A stretch of 64,000 nt of DNA, from contig CM059431.1 of NCBI GenBank assembly GCA_030390025.1, positions 157,048,001 to 157,112,000 of the forward strand, read 5' to 3'. Of this stretch, positions 41,181-53,655 are shown piece after piece. This stretch comes from Squalus acanthias (lineage: Eukaryota). The notes beneath the pieces were generated by a model that had not been told where the DNA came from, did no database searches, and was given only the letters and a program-made list of their open reading frames with translations. Numbering within the stretch: the first letter of the stretch is position 1; the number at the start of each line of letters is the position of its first letter. The position numbers and the translations under genes are program-made.

Positions 41181-42890
41181 TATACACAGATAAATGTGAG
41201 GTTTTACATTTTGGTAGGCAGAATAGGGAGGTCAATAATTACTTGGATGGTGTAAGTCTGGATGGGGTAGAGGAAAATTGTATCTCGGAGTACAAACACA
41301 TAAATCATTAAAAATTGCGACACTGGTTAGCAAAGCCATACATAAAGCAAAGCAAGCACTGGGGTTTATTTCTAGAGGGATAGAATTGAAAAGTATGGAA
41401 GTTATGCTAATCTTTTATCGAACCTTGGTAGACCACACTTAGAGTACTGCGTACAGTTATGGTCGCCATATTATACAAAAAACATAGAGGCACTGGAGAG
41501 GGTGCAGAGATGATTTACACGCATGATACCAGAAATACGAGAGTATACATACTAGAAAAGGATGAACAGACTGGGTCTCATCTCTTGAAAAATGAAGTCT
41601 GCGGGTTGACCTCATCGAGGTCTTTAAAATTATGATACATTTTGATAGAGTGGATACAGAGAGAATGTTTCCACTTGTGGAGAAGAGCATGACTAGAGGC
41701 CATCAATAGAAGACAGTCACCAATAAATGCACAGGGAAATTCAGAACGAACGTCTTTACCCCGTGAGAATCTGGAACTCGCTACCACAGGGAGTGGTTGA
41801 AGCGAAAAGTATAGATGCAGTTAAGGGGAGGCTGGACAAGCATATGAGGGAGAAGGGAAGAGAGGAATATGTTGATAAATTTAGACGAGGAAAGACGGGA
41901 GGAGGCTCGAGTGGAGCATAAATGCTGGCATCGAAATGTTGAGCCGAATGTCCTGCTTCTGTGCTGTATATCCTATGCACTCCTATGTAATTCCCGTCAC
42001 ATGCCTGGTTACAGGTTATTTTCCAATGATGGTCATTTACTAACCATAGAACAATTATTATTAATCGGGGATATAGTCTCCGATAACAGTCTCGGCCTAG
42101 TTCAGGATGTTCACTCAAATGAGTATCAGGCTCCGGGTTTCTGTATCTGGAACTAAATCAGTAAATGTGTGCGGTAAACAAGTGAAAGTTCAGCATCGTT
42201 GTCTGGTTACCTTTGAACACAGTGGTGAAATGTTTCCTTTTCATTTCCTCTTGCTATTAAATGTTTGATGCAGAATTCAATTCATTGTGAGCTCTGGGAA
42301 ATTAAATTAATTTGCTCCTCGGAGCGAGGTAAGCACGACCACAGAACATTCCCTGCGTTTAACTACACTGTCACATTCATCCATAATTTTTAACACATCT
42401 ATCATATCGCTCTAAAATATATGTTGTTCTAATTGAAAAAAGGCAACATTCCAAGTATTTGACTGTATTTTCTTTCACCTACCAGGCAGCATTCTAGAGA
42501 AACTGTTTTTTATACGGTCTAGAGGATTAATAAACTTGCTAAAGCGAGGACCGCCAACTGCACACGATACTCTAATGTAGGCCTTCGTAAGGTTTCAGTT
42601 AGTTTCATTATCATGTCTTATTTTCTTTATTCTATACTCCTTATGTTGTACAGAGACTTTAATTAGCTTATCTACAGTCGTATAATCCTGAGATGCTGTC
42701 TTTAATGTCCCGTGGGCATCGCTCTGCTGCACCACAGCACCGTATCTACTTCCATTCACTCTACAATTACAGCTCATATTTTTCCAATATGTTTCACGTG
42801 ACATCGACATTGATTCCATGAATGCTTTATGAGCACATCACACCAAGCCTTTCAATTTCCATTTGCAGTTCCCCCAGATCTTCCAAGTAT

Positions 42891-45145
42891 CCAAAGTTTG
42901 ACAGTGATGTGGTCGAATCTGAAACTAAGGTCTTCAATTTAAACAGAGGAAACTACCAGGGTATGAGGGACAAGTTGGCCATGTTAGGTTGGGAGACTAC
43001 ACTAAACGGTATGAAGGTGGACATACAATGGCTAACATTCAAGGAAATAATGCATAATTGGAAATAAACGCATAGGCATAGAAACCCAAAAGGAAAAGTG
43101 AATAAACTATGGCTAACAAAATAAATTAAAGCTAGTATTAAGTCAAAGGAGGAAGCATATAAAGTTGCCAGAACAAGTGGTCAGCCTGAGGATTGGGATA
43201 TTTTTTTAGAAATCAGCAAAGGAGGACCAAGAAATTGATAAAGAAAGGGAAAATGGAATATGAGCAGAAACAAGCGAAACATATAAAAACGGATTGTAAA
43301 AGCTTCTATCGGTATGTGAAAAGGAAAAGGCTGGCGACGGTAAATGTAGGTCCTTTACAGTCAGAGACGGGAGAATTTATAATAGGGAATGTAGAAATGG
43401 CAGAGGAATTAATTAAATAATTTGTTTCTGTCTTCACGGAGGAAGACACAAAAAACCTCCCAGATATACGAGAAAACCACGGATGTGGCGAGAGTGAGGA
43501 ACTTAAAAAAATATTATCAGTAAAAAAGCAGTACAAGCAAAATTAGAGGGTCTAAATGTCGATAAATCCCTTGGACCGGATTACCTACATCCTAGTGTTT
43601 TGAAAGAGGTGGCAATTGGGATAGTGGATGCATTGGTTGTCATCTTCCAAAATTCTATAGATTCTGGAAATGTTGCTGCAGCTTGGAGGATAGCAAATGT
43701 AACAACGCTATTTAAGAAAGTAGGGAAAGAGAAAACGGGGAACTACAGATCTGTTAGCCTCACATCAGTATTTGGGAAAATGCTGGAATCTATTATAAAG
43801 GATGCAATAAATTCGCACTTAGAAACTAATAGTAAGATTTTGCAGAGTCAACAAGGATTTATGAAAGTGAATTCCTGTTTGACAAACCGATTGGGGCTCT
43901 TTGAGGATGTAACTATTGGAGTCGACAAAGGGGAACTGGTAGATGTGATGTATTTCGATTTTAAGAAGACCTTGGATAAGATCCCACAGAAGAGGTTGGT
44001 AAACAAAATTGGGGCACATGGAATTGGGGCTAATATACTCGCATGGATTGGGAATTCTTTAACAGACAGAATACTACGAGTAGGGATATACGGGACTTTT
44101 CAGGATGCAAGGCTGTGACTGGTTGGCTACCGCAACGATCGGTGCTTGGGACCCAGCTATTCATAATCTATATTAATGATTTGAATGAGGGAACTAAATG
44201 TAACATTTAAAAATTTGCTGATAATACAAATCTAGGTGTCAGTGTCAGTTGTGATGAGGATGTGAAGAGTCTTCATGGGGATATCGACAGGCCCAGTGAG
44301 TGGGCGACAACATGGCAGATGGAATGTAATGTTTATAAATGTGAAGTTATTCACTTTGGTACAAAAACAAAGGCAGAGTATTTCCTAAATGTTGAACGAT
44401 TGGGGGATGCAGACGCTCAAAGGGACATGGGTGTCCTTGTACATGTGTCACTGAAAATGATTGTGGAGGTGCAGCAAGCCATTCGGAAGGCAAATGGTAT
44501 GCTGGCCTTCATTACAAGAGGATTGAGTACAGGTGTAAAGAACTGTTGCTCGATTTATATAGGGTCTTAGTTAGAGCACGCCTGGAATACTGTGTACAAT
44601 TTTGGTCTCCTTACCTAAGGAGGATATACTTGCCATAGAAGGCGTGCAACGAAGGTTCACGAGATTGATTCCTGCGATGGTGGGACTGTCGCATGAGAAG
44701 AGATTGAGTAAACTAGGCCTGTATTCTCTTGAATTCAGAATAATGAGAGGGGATCTCATTGAAGCATACAAAATTATTACATGGCTTGATAGGGTGGCTG
44801 CTGGAAGAATGTTTCCCTTGGCTGGCGAGTCCAGAACTAGGGACCACAGCATCAGGATAAAGGGTAGACCATTCAGGACATAGATGAGAAGAAATTTCTT
44901 CACACAGAGGGTGATGAATCTTTGGAATTCTCTAACCCAGAGGGTTGCGGATGCTCAGTCATTGGGTATATTCAAAGCCGAAGTCTATACATTTCTCACT
45001 ATTAAAGACATCAAGGGATTTGGCGATAGGGCCGGTGAATGGAGATGAGCCAGAAGATCAGCCATGATCTCATTGAATGGCGAAGTAGCATCGAAGGGCC
45101 GAATGACCTACTCCTGCTCCCATTTGTTATTATCTTATGTTCTTA
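42891..45145 (+). mobile_element. CR1 LINE, 5'-truncated (same subfamily as 32182-34465)
   Basis: ORFs 43600-44118, 44262-44570 and 44602-44883 carry CR1 RT motifs. Tail tcttatgttctta. Confidence 0.92.
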
Positions 45146-45709
45146 AATATAACCCCCATTTTTGGACGATCTGCAAATCTCGACCAAGATCTATATAGAA
45201 AGTAATAATCCGTGGCCCGAGAGCCGAATCCTGTGAGATACCAGCACACTCTTCCAACCACTTGTTTGCATCAGAAAAAAAGCACACGTTTATGGGAAAC
45301 ACACTTCAACTTTCAAATACATGCAAGAGTTCTGCCAGAGTTTGTCCAACATGTGATAATGCACCAATTTAGCCCTTTGGATATCTATTCAAAATCGGTG
45401 GCAGGCACAATATGGTGTTCTTCATCAGATAGTGAAAAAAGGAGGTTTCCAGGTTACGGGGGTCACAAATCACAATATAATGTTTCAACGTGTTCCTCCT
45501 TATCAGTGATACTCTTTTTGCTGAAGAATTGTGGGGAGTGTGGCAAACTCACCCAAATATTTCCAGGAGGATTGGATATCCAGCACTGTGAAATTTATTT
45601 AATATTGGTGTTAATAGAATAAGGCCCTCGAACGAATATGTCGACATGGTAGGAAGAGAAAATTAGAGAGGAAGGAGGCTCCTATGGAGTATAAACACAG
45701 CATAGACCA

Positions 45710-46196
45710 CTTTGGCCGAATGGCCTATTTCTCTGCTGCAGTTTCGATGTAAGTCCGATCTGCCCCGTTCAAAGTCACAAACTATAAACTTTGTGACTGT
45801 GACCATGGTGTGCAACACTTCTTTATCCATCAGTCACCTTTCCACAGCACACTGTATTATCTCATCTGGCAGCCTTTTTCATGCCCTGGCCGCCAATGTC
45901 CACCGCCACCGCCCACCACCCCCCACCCCATAACACTGCTCCTAGTGTACTTTCTGACCGAGCTCCCCTACCGCAGAGAGCAGATCTACAGCAATGGGAT
46001 GTGTCTCGGCTATCTCTGCCTGTCGTTGGCCATTTCCGAAGCTTTGAGAGCTGCTCTGCTGCATAGTAACTTATTACTTTAGCATCAGAAGCAGTTTTGA
46101 TAGGCTAATTTCCGCTATATTGTAGTTTGTGACTTTGAACGGGGCAGATCAGAATTACATCGAACTGCAGCAGAGAAATAGGCCATTCGGCCAAAG
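45710..46196. repeat. ~75-bp inverted repeat (45710-45784 / 46123-46196) with ~340-bp spacer
   Basis: The arms are reverse complements with ~3 differences and include a CR1 3' end plus its flank. Confidence 0.85.
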
Positions 46197-47197
46197 CTGG
46201 CGGTGGGTTCAGTGATCTGTGCTGAAACCGCCTCATCATCCACCTACTCTGACTAGACGAGGCTGCATGATAGAATCACAGTAAGTCACAGTACATAAGG
46301 CATTTATTCTGACTATCGTGCCTGTGCCGGTTCTTTGGAAGAGCTAATCAATTATTACCACTGCCCCGCTCAGTCCCATAACCCTGTAAATGTTTTCCCT
46401 TCAAATATTTATTAAATTCTCTTTTTAATTTACAACTGAATCTGCTTCCACCACCCTTTCAGAAGTTGCATTCCAGATCACAACAACGCGCTGTGTAAAA
46501 AGCTGTTTTCTCGTGACAACTCTGCTTCTTTTCCCACACACTTTAAATCTCTGACTTCTGCTTAAGGACCCTTCGGCCACTGGAAAGAGTTTATCCTTAT
46601 TTACTCATCAAAATCATTCATGATCTTGATCGACTCTTAACCTTCTGTGCTCTGAGGAGAACAACTCCAGCTCCTCCAGTCTCTCCACATAAATGAAGTC
46701 TCTCATCCCGGGTAGAAATCCAACAAATCACTTCTGCACCGTCTCCAAGGGTTTGACATCCTTTGTAACGTGTGCTGCCCAGAATTGAATAAAATATCTC
46801 GGCTGAGCCTAAACAGTCTTATATTACGGTTTACCATAACTTCCTTGCTTTTGTAATCTATTCCTCTAGTAATAAAGAAAAGGATCCCATATTTTTTTAA
46901 TAGCCTTCTCAACTTGTCCTGCCAAATTCAAAGATTTTTGTACATACACCCACAGGTCTCTCTGTTCCTGTGCTTTATATAATTTTACCATTTTTTTTAT
47001 ATTGCCTCTCCTCATTCTTCGTACCAAAATGTAGTACTTCAAGATTCTCCGCGTTAAATTTCATCTGCCTTGTGTCTGCCCATTTCACCAGTCTGTCTTT
47101 GTCATCCTGAAGTCTGTTGCTAACCTCCTTATCCTTACTAGATCTCAGATTTTCGTACAATTGCAAACGTAGAAACAATGCCCTGTATACACAATTA

Positions 47198-48500
47198 CTT
47201 CTTCTTCTTCTTAGGCAGTCTCTCGGAAACGAGGATGACTTGCTTCCACGCTAAAAATGAGTTATCAGGTGACTGATGTGTCCAATGCGTGACTTACAGT
47301 CTCTGTCACTATCGGTGGTTGAAGGCTGGGTAGGAGGGATGCTTGGGTTGACGTGCACTCCTTCCGTTGTTTGCGCTTGGCTTCCACTTGCTCCGGGCGG
47401 AAAGACTCCAGGTACTCGGCGCCTTCCTGGATCCTTCTCCTCCACTTTTTACGGTTTTGGGCCAGGGATTCCCAGGTTTCAAAGAGGATGTTTCACTTTT
47501 TCAAGGAGGCTTTGAGGGTGTTCTTGAAGAGTTTCCTCTGCCCACCTGGGGCTTTCATGCCGTGTCGGAGCTCCGAGTAGAGCGCTTGTTTTGGGAGTCT
47601 CGTATCGGGCATGTGGACAATGTGACCCATGCATCGGAGCTGATCGAGCGTGGCCAAAGCTTCGATGCTGTGGATGTTAATTTCCACTTCCTCCCGGCGG
47701 AGAGACTCGAGGTATTCGGCGCCTTCCCAGATGTTTCTCCTCAACTTTCTGCGGTCCAGGGCCAAGGATTCCCAGTTCTCAGTGGGGATGTTGCACTTTT
47801 CGGAGACTCCCCTAGTGGTATAAACGAGCGCCACCTCATGACTACGATAGCAAAATACTGCGGATGCTGGAAATCCGAAATAACAACAGAAAACGCTGGA
47901 AAAACTCAGCAGGCCAGGCAGCATCCGTGGAGAGAGAAAGAGAGTTAACGTTTCAGGTCGATCACCTTTCATCAGAACCTGATGAAAGGTCATCGATCTG
48001 AAACGTTAACTCTCTTTCTCTCTCCACGGATGCTGCCTGGCCTGCTGAGTTTTTCCAGCGTTTTCTGTTGTTATTTCGCCACCTCATGACTCCTCGGCTC
48101 ACCCTAGCCCGGAATCAGTGCGCTGCGGTCATCAGTGCGTACGCCCCAACACTGGAAGCCACAGACGAGAGCAAAGAGGAATTATACTTTAGTCTCGAAC
48201 AAACCCTTTCGCAAGTCCCACCGGGCGACAAGCTAATCGTCTTTGGCGAATTGAATGCAAGAGTTGGAAAGGACACAGACCTCTGGGGAGGAATGATCGG
48301 CAGTGAGGGAGTAGGGAAAACCATCTCCAACGGTACCCTCCTCCTGACGAAATGCTCAGAACATGGCCTTATCATAACCAACATCTTGTTCAGTCAGACA
48401 GACAATTACAAGGCTTCATGGCAGTACCCTCGCTCTAACTCTGGCATCTGCTGGATTAAGTCATCGTCCGAGCGAAAGTCCGCAAGGACGTCTGCATCAC
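47198..48500. mobile_element. RTE-clade LINE: minus-strand 3' end joined to a plus-strand APE segment
   Basis: (AAG)n tail at ~47198-47212. Minus strand HIVHMPDTRLPKQALYSELRHG...TLKASLKK. Plus strand GINER..LMT..VISAYAPTL..GELNARVG from ~47803. Confidence 0.85.
47844..48076. mobile_element. Penelope pLTR hairpin micro-element (family A) with two back-to-back hammerhead motifs
   Basis: 15-bp TSD CGCCACCTCATGACT at 47829-47843 and 48077-48091. ~100-bp arms, 3-nt loop and ~32-nt unpaired tail. Confidence 0.93.
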
Positions 48501-48992
48501 CCAAGTACAGGTCATTCATATATATCAAAAGGAGCAGTGATCGTCATACCGATCTAAGGTGAGAACAACAGAATGCATCCTTCCAGTCTGAAAACAACAA
48601 CCGTTCACTTGTAATCTCTGCTTTCTGACCCTCGGACATTTTTCTTTCCATCCTGCCACTGTCAATTTAAACCCATGGGATTTGACTTTGCTGTCATGTC
48701 TATTAAGTGGTACTTTGCCAAACGTATTTGGAAAGACTATACACGCAACCCCAATCAGACTGCCCTCAACAACCCTTGCCGTTGCTTCATCAAAGAACTC
48801 GATAAAATTAATCAACAAGATTTGCTTTGAACAATTCCGTGCTGACATTCATTTATTAGCCCATACTATTCCAAATTCCAAATAATTTTGTTCAGGATTG
48901 TTGTCTATAAAAGTTTCCCCACCACAGACGTTAGGCTGACTGGCCTGTATTTGCCGGATTTGAACCTAACCACTTTTTTAAGCAGGGACGTA

Positions 48993-51243
48993 ACATAAGT
49001 ACATAAGTACATAAGAACATAAGAAATCGGAGCAGGAGTAGGCCATTCGGTCACTCTAGCCTGCTCTGCCATTCAATGAGATCATCGCTGATTTGATCTT
49101 GGCCTCAACTCCGCGATGCTGTATTTTCCCCATAACCTTTGACTCCCCTATAGCTCTAATAACTGTCTATCTCCCCCTTCATTAAATTCACTGATTCAGC
49201 CTCCGCAGCTCTCTGGTGTAGAGAATTCCAAAGATTCACGGCCCTCTGAGAGCAGAAATTCCTCCTCATTTCCGTCTTAAATGGGCGACCCCTTATCCTG
49301 AAACTATGCCGCCTAATTTTACATTCTCCCACGAGGGGCAACATCTTCCCTGTATCTATCCTGGCAAGACCCATCAGAATCGTATATGCTTCAATAATAT
49401 CATCTCTGATTCTTCTAAACTCCAAAGAGTAAAGTCCCAAACAGCTCAACTTTTCCTCATAAGACAACACTTTCATCTAAGGAATCAACCTAGTGAACCT
49501 TCTCTGAACTGCCTCCAATGCAAGTATATCCCTCCTCAAATAACGAGGCCAAAACTGTACGCAGTACTCCAGGCAGGTGTGGCCTCTAAGCGCCCTGTAC
49601 AGTTGCAGCAAAACTAATTTTATACTCTACCTCCCTTGCAATAAAGGCCAACATTCCAATTGCCTTCCAAATTACTTGCTGTACCTGCATGTAAACTATC
49701 TGTGTTTCATTTTCCCACATTATACTCCAGCAGCCAAATGTTTGCCCACTCACTTAGCCTATCTATATACCTTTGCAGACACTTTGGGTCCTCCTCATAA
49801 CATGCTTCACCTCCTATGTTTGTAACGTTAGCAAATCTGGCTACAGAACACTCGCTCCCTTCATCCAAGTCATTAATATAGATAGTAAATAGTTGAGGAG
49901 CCAGCATTGATCCCTGTGCCACCCCACTAGTTACAGTTTCCAACCTGAAAATGACCCATTTATCCTGACTCTCTGTTTTCTGTTAGTTAGCCAATCCTTA
50001 TCCTTGCAAATATATTACCCCCAAAACCATGACCTCTTATCTTGTGCAGTAACCTTTGATGTGGCACCTTATCGAATGCCTTTTGGAAATCCAAATACAC
50101 TACATCTACTGGTTCCCCTTTATCCACCCTGCTCGATAAATCCTCAAAGAACTCTAATAAATACGCCAAACACCATTTGCCTTTTATAGAATCATGTTGA
50201 CTCTGCTTAATTGTATTACGATTTTCTAAATATCCTTCTACTACTCCCATAATAATGGATTCCAGCATTTTCCGAATGACAGATGATAGGCTAACTGGCC
50301 TACAGTTTACTGCTTTCTGTCTCCCTCCTTTCTCTACTACGGGCATTACATTTCCGATGTGAGAAGTCGCACAAAACCAGGTTATAGTCCAACAGTTTTA
50401 TTAGAAATCAAAAGCTTTCGGAGCGCTGCTCCTTCGTCAGGAGGAGCAGCGCTCCGAAAGCATGTGATTTCAAATAAAACTGTTGGACTATAACCTGGTG
50501 TTGTGCGACTTCTCACATTTGTCCACCCCAGTCCTACACCGGCATCTCCACATCATGATTACATTTCCGGTTTTCCAATCCGCTGGGACCTTCCAAGAAA
50601 ATAGGGAATTTTGGAAGATTACAACCAACGCATCCAGTTTCTCTGCAGTCACTTCTTTTCAGACCCAAGGTGCAGGCCATCAGATCCAGGGGACGTGTCA
50701 GCCTTCAGTCCCATTAGTTTGCCTAGTACATTTTCTTTAATAATAGATATTGTTTTAAGTTGCTCACTCCCTTTTCCCCTTGATTATCTGCTATTGTTGT
50801 TATGCTTTTAGCGTCTTCTAAAGTGAAGACAGATACAACAATTTTGTTGAAAGTCTCTGCCATTTTCTTGTTTCCCGTTATTAATTCCAAAGTCTGTTCC
50901 ATAAGGGACCAACGTTTAATTTAATTATACTCTTTCTTTTTATATACTTGCAGACGCTCTTAATATCTGTTTTCATATTTCTTGCTAGTCTCCTCTCATC
51001 ATCCATTTTCACCATCTTTCTTATTTTTTTAGTCATCCTTTGCTGGTTTCTAATATTTTCCCAAACTTCTGGCCTACCACTAACCTTCGCAACATTATAT
51101 GCATTATCTTTCAATTTGATAACATCGTTAACTTCCTTAGTTAGTCACGGATGATTCATCCTTTTCGTAGATTCTTTCTTTCTCACTGGAATATAACTTT
51201 TTTGAGAGTTTTGAAATATCTCCTGATATGTCTGCCGCTGCTT
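48993..51243 (-). mobile_element. CR1 LINE (RT to 3' end)
   Basis: (acataagt)n tail. ORFs 49156-49476, 49707-49943 and 49987-50346 (VYLDFQKAFDKVPH). Confidence 0.9.
50357..50557. mobile_element. Penelope pLTR hairpin micro-element (family B) with hammerhead motif
   Basis: 12-bp TSD ATTACATTTCCG at 50345-50356 and 50558-50569. Termini and tail match 23957-25418. Minus strand reads CUGACGA-A-GGAGC(AGC)GCUCC-GAAA-GC-UU (core begins at 50440). Confidence 0.92.
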
Positions 51244-52770
51244 AAAACATAGAAACATAAAAGATAGGAGCGGGCATTCGGCACTCGAGCCTGCTCCACC
51301 ATTCAATGCGATCATGGCAGATCATCCAAATTCAGTACCCTGCCTCTGATTTCTCCCCATATCCCTTGATCCCCTTTGCCTTAAGAAATATATCTAACTC
51401 CTTCTTGAATATATTTAATTAATTGGACTCAACTGTCTTCTGTGCTAGAGAATTCCACAGGTTCACCACTCTCTGGGTGAAGAAATTCCTCCTCATCTCA
51501 GTCCTAAATGGCTTACCCCTTATCTTTAGACTGTGACCCCTGGTTCTGGACACTCCCACCATCGGGAACATCCTTCCTGCATCTAGTCTGTCTAGTCCTA
51601 TTAGAATTTTATAAGTTTTACAAATTTTTGGAGTGGTAAATAGCGAGGAGCGAAGCCTCAGTCTACAGGACGATATAGAAGGGTTGGATAGAAAGGCAGA
51701 AAAGAGGCATATGGAATTTAACACTGAGAAGTTTAAGGTGATGCATTAAGGGAGGACTAACAAGGCAAGGGAATACACAATAAATTGTAGGACCCCTGGA
51801 GGGACAGACCATCAGAGGGACCTTGGAGTTCATGTACATAGATCCCTGAAGGCAGCAGGACAGGTAGATAAGTTGAATAAAAAAGCATTTGGGATACCTG
51901 ACTTCATTAGCCGAGGCTTAGAATATAAGAGCAGCGAGGTTATGCTTGATCTTTACAAAACGCAAGTTAAGCCACAGCTGGAATACTACGTGCAGTTCTG
52001 GTCGCCACACTACAGGAGGGATGTGATTGCATTGGAGAGGGTGCAGAGGAGAACCACTAGGATGTTACCTGGGCTGGAGCGCTTCATCTATGAAGAGAGA
52101 CTGGACAGGCTGAGGTTGTTTTCCTTAGAGCAGAGAAGGCTGAGGTGGGTCCTGGTTGAGGTGTACAAAATTATGAGGGGCATAGATAGGGTAGATAGAT
52201 ATATTGATATTTTTAGCGTTTTCTACCGTGAAGGCAGATGCAACAATTTTGTTCAAATTCTCTGCCAATTTCTTGTTTCCCATTATTAGTTCCAAAGTCT
52301 CATCCTCGAAGGGATCAACGTTTACTTTAACTAACTCTTTATTTTTATATACTTGCAGAAGCACTTGCTATCTGTTTTCATATTTCTTGCTAGTTTCTTC
52401 TCATTATCCTTTTTTTCTCCCTCTTTCTTTTTTTAATCATCCTTTGCTGGTTTCTACAATTTCACAATCTTCTGGCCTACCACTAATCTGCGCAACATTG
52501 TGTGCATTATCTTTCAATTTGATAACATCCTTAACTTCCTTAGTTAGCCACGGATGGTTCATCCTTCTCGTAGATGCTTTCTTTTTCACTGGAATATATC
52601 TTGTTTGAGAGATTTGAAAAATCTCCTTAAATGTCTGCCACTGCTCATCTGCTATCTTACCTTTTAATCAATTTTCCCATTTAACTTTAGCCAACTCTGT
52701 ATTCATACCTTTGTAATTGCCTTTATCTATGTTTCAGACATTAGTTTCAGACTCAAGTTTCTCATCATGA
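51244..52770. mobile_element. Mosaic of CR1 fragments (minus 3' end 51244-51615; plus 51620-52195; minus 52200-52770)
   Basis: ORFs 51419-51724, 51873-52289 and 52125-52364. Confidence 0.8.
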
Positions 52771-52797
52771 AACCATACGGGAAATTCCTACATGTTA

Positions 52798-53655
52798 CTG
52801 GGTGTCGGTGTTGTGTCAGTGGGGTGTCGGTGTAGGAATGGTTCAGTGGGGTGTCGGTGTTTGTCTGGGACAGTGGGATGTTGGTGTGGGGAATGGGTCA
52901 GTAGCGTGTCGGTGTTGGGTCAGTGAGGGTGCCGATTTTGGGCTGGGTCAGTGGGGTCTCGGTGTTGGCCTGCCTGAGTGGGTTGTCGTTGTGGAGCTGG
53001 GTAAGTGAGGATGTCGATTCTGGTCAGTGAGGGTATTGTGGCTGGTCAGAGAGGGTGTTGGGGTTGTGTCAGAGAGGGTGTTGGGGTTGGGTCAGTGAGG
53101 GTGTCGGGACTGGGTCAGTGAGGGTGTCGGGACTGGGTCAGTGAGGGTGCCGGTGTTGTGCTGGGTCAGTGAGGGCTTTGGGGCTGGTCAGAGAGGGTGT
53201 TGGGGTTGGGTCAGTAAGGGTGTTCGGACTGGGTTAGTGAGGGTGTCGGGAATGGGATGGTGAGGGTGTCGGGACTGGGTCACAGAGGGTGTTGGGGCTG
53301 GTCAGAGAGGGTGTCGGGACTGGGTCAGTGAGGGTGTCCGGACTGGGTCAGAGAGGGTGTTGGGGTTGGGTCAGTGAGGGTGTCGGGACTGGGTCAGTGA
53401 GGGTTTTGGGGCTGGTGAGAGAGGGATTTGGGGTTGGGTCAGTGAGGGTGTCGGGACTGGGTTAGTGAGGGTGTCGGGACTGGGTTACTGAGGGTGTCGG
53501 GACTGGGTCACAGAGGGTTTTGGGGCTGGTCAGAGAGGGTGTTGGGGCTGGTCAGAGAGGGTGTTGGGGCTGTTCAGAGAGGATGTTGGGGTTGGGTCAG
53601 TGAGGGTGTCGGGACTGGGGCAGTGAGGGTGTCGCGGCTGGGTCAGTGAGGCTGT
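52798..53655. repeat. G-rich 22-23 bp minisatellite (GGGTCAGTGAGGGTGTCGGGACT)
   Basis: Direct tandem periodicity, degenerate on the left and more homogeneous on the right. Confidence 0.92.

Larger units (their letters stand above)
36568..41990 (+). mobile_element. Host CR1 3' fragment split by a nested full-length CR1
   Basis: ...TGG CAA ATG AA (36670) rejoins G TTA TAC ACA GAT AAA TGT GAG GTT TTA CAT TTT GGT (41179), giving WQMKLYTDKCEVLHFG. Confidence 0.8.
46270..48992 (-). mobile_element. Old CR1 3' half split by an RTE insertion
   Basis: ORFs 46703-46912, 46975-47178 and 48525-48848. Host sequence ...atgccctgtatacac resumes as aagtacaggtcattc at ~48503. Confidence 0.8.

Noticed and set aside
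45212..45622. 136-aa ORF
   Set aside because: No recognisable domain or splice context, a non-ATG start, and it appears to be decayed LINE sequence.
52798..53655. Interstitial telomeric repeat
   Set aside because: The unit is 22-23 bp and there are no TTAGGG runs.
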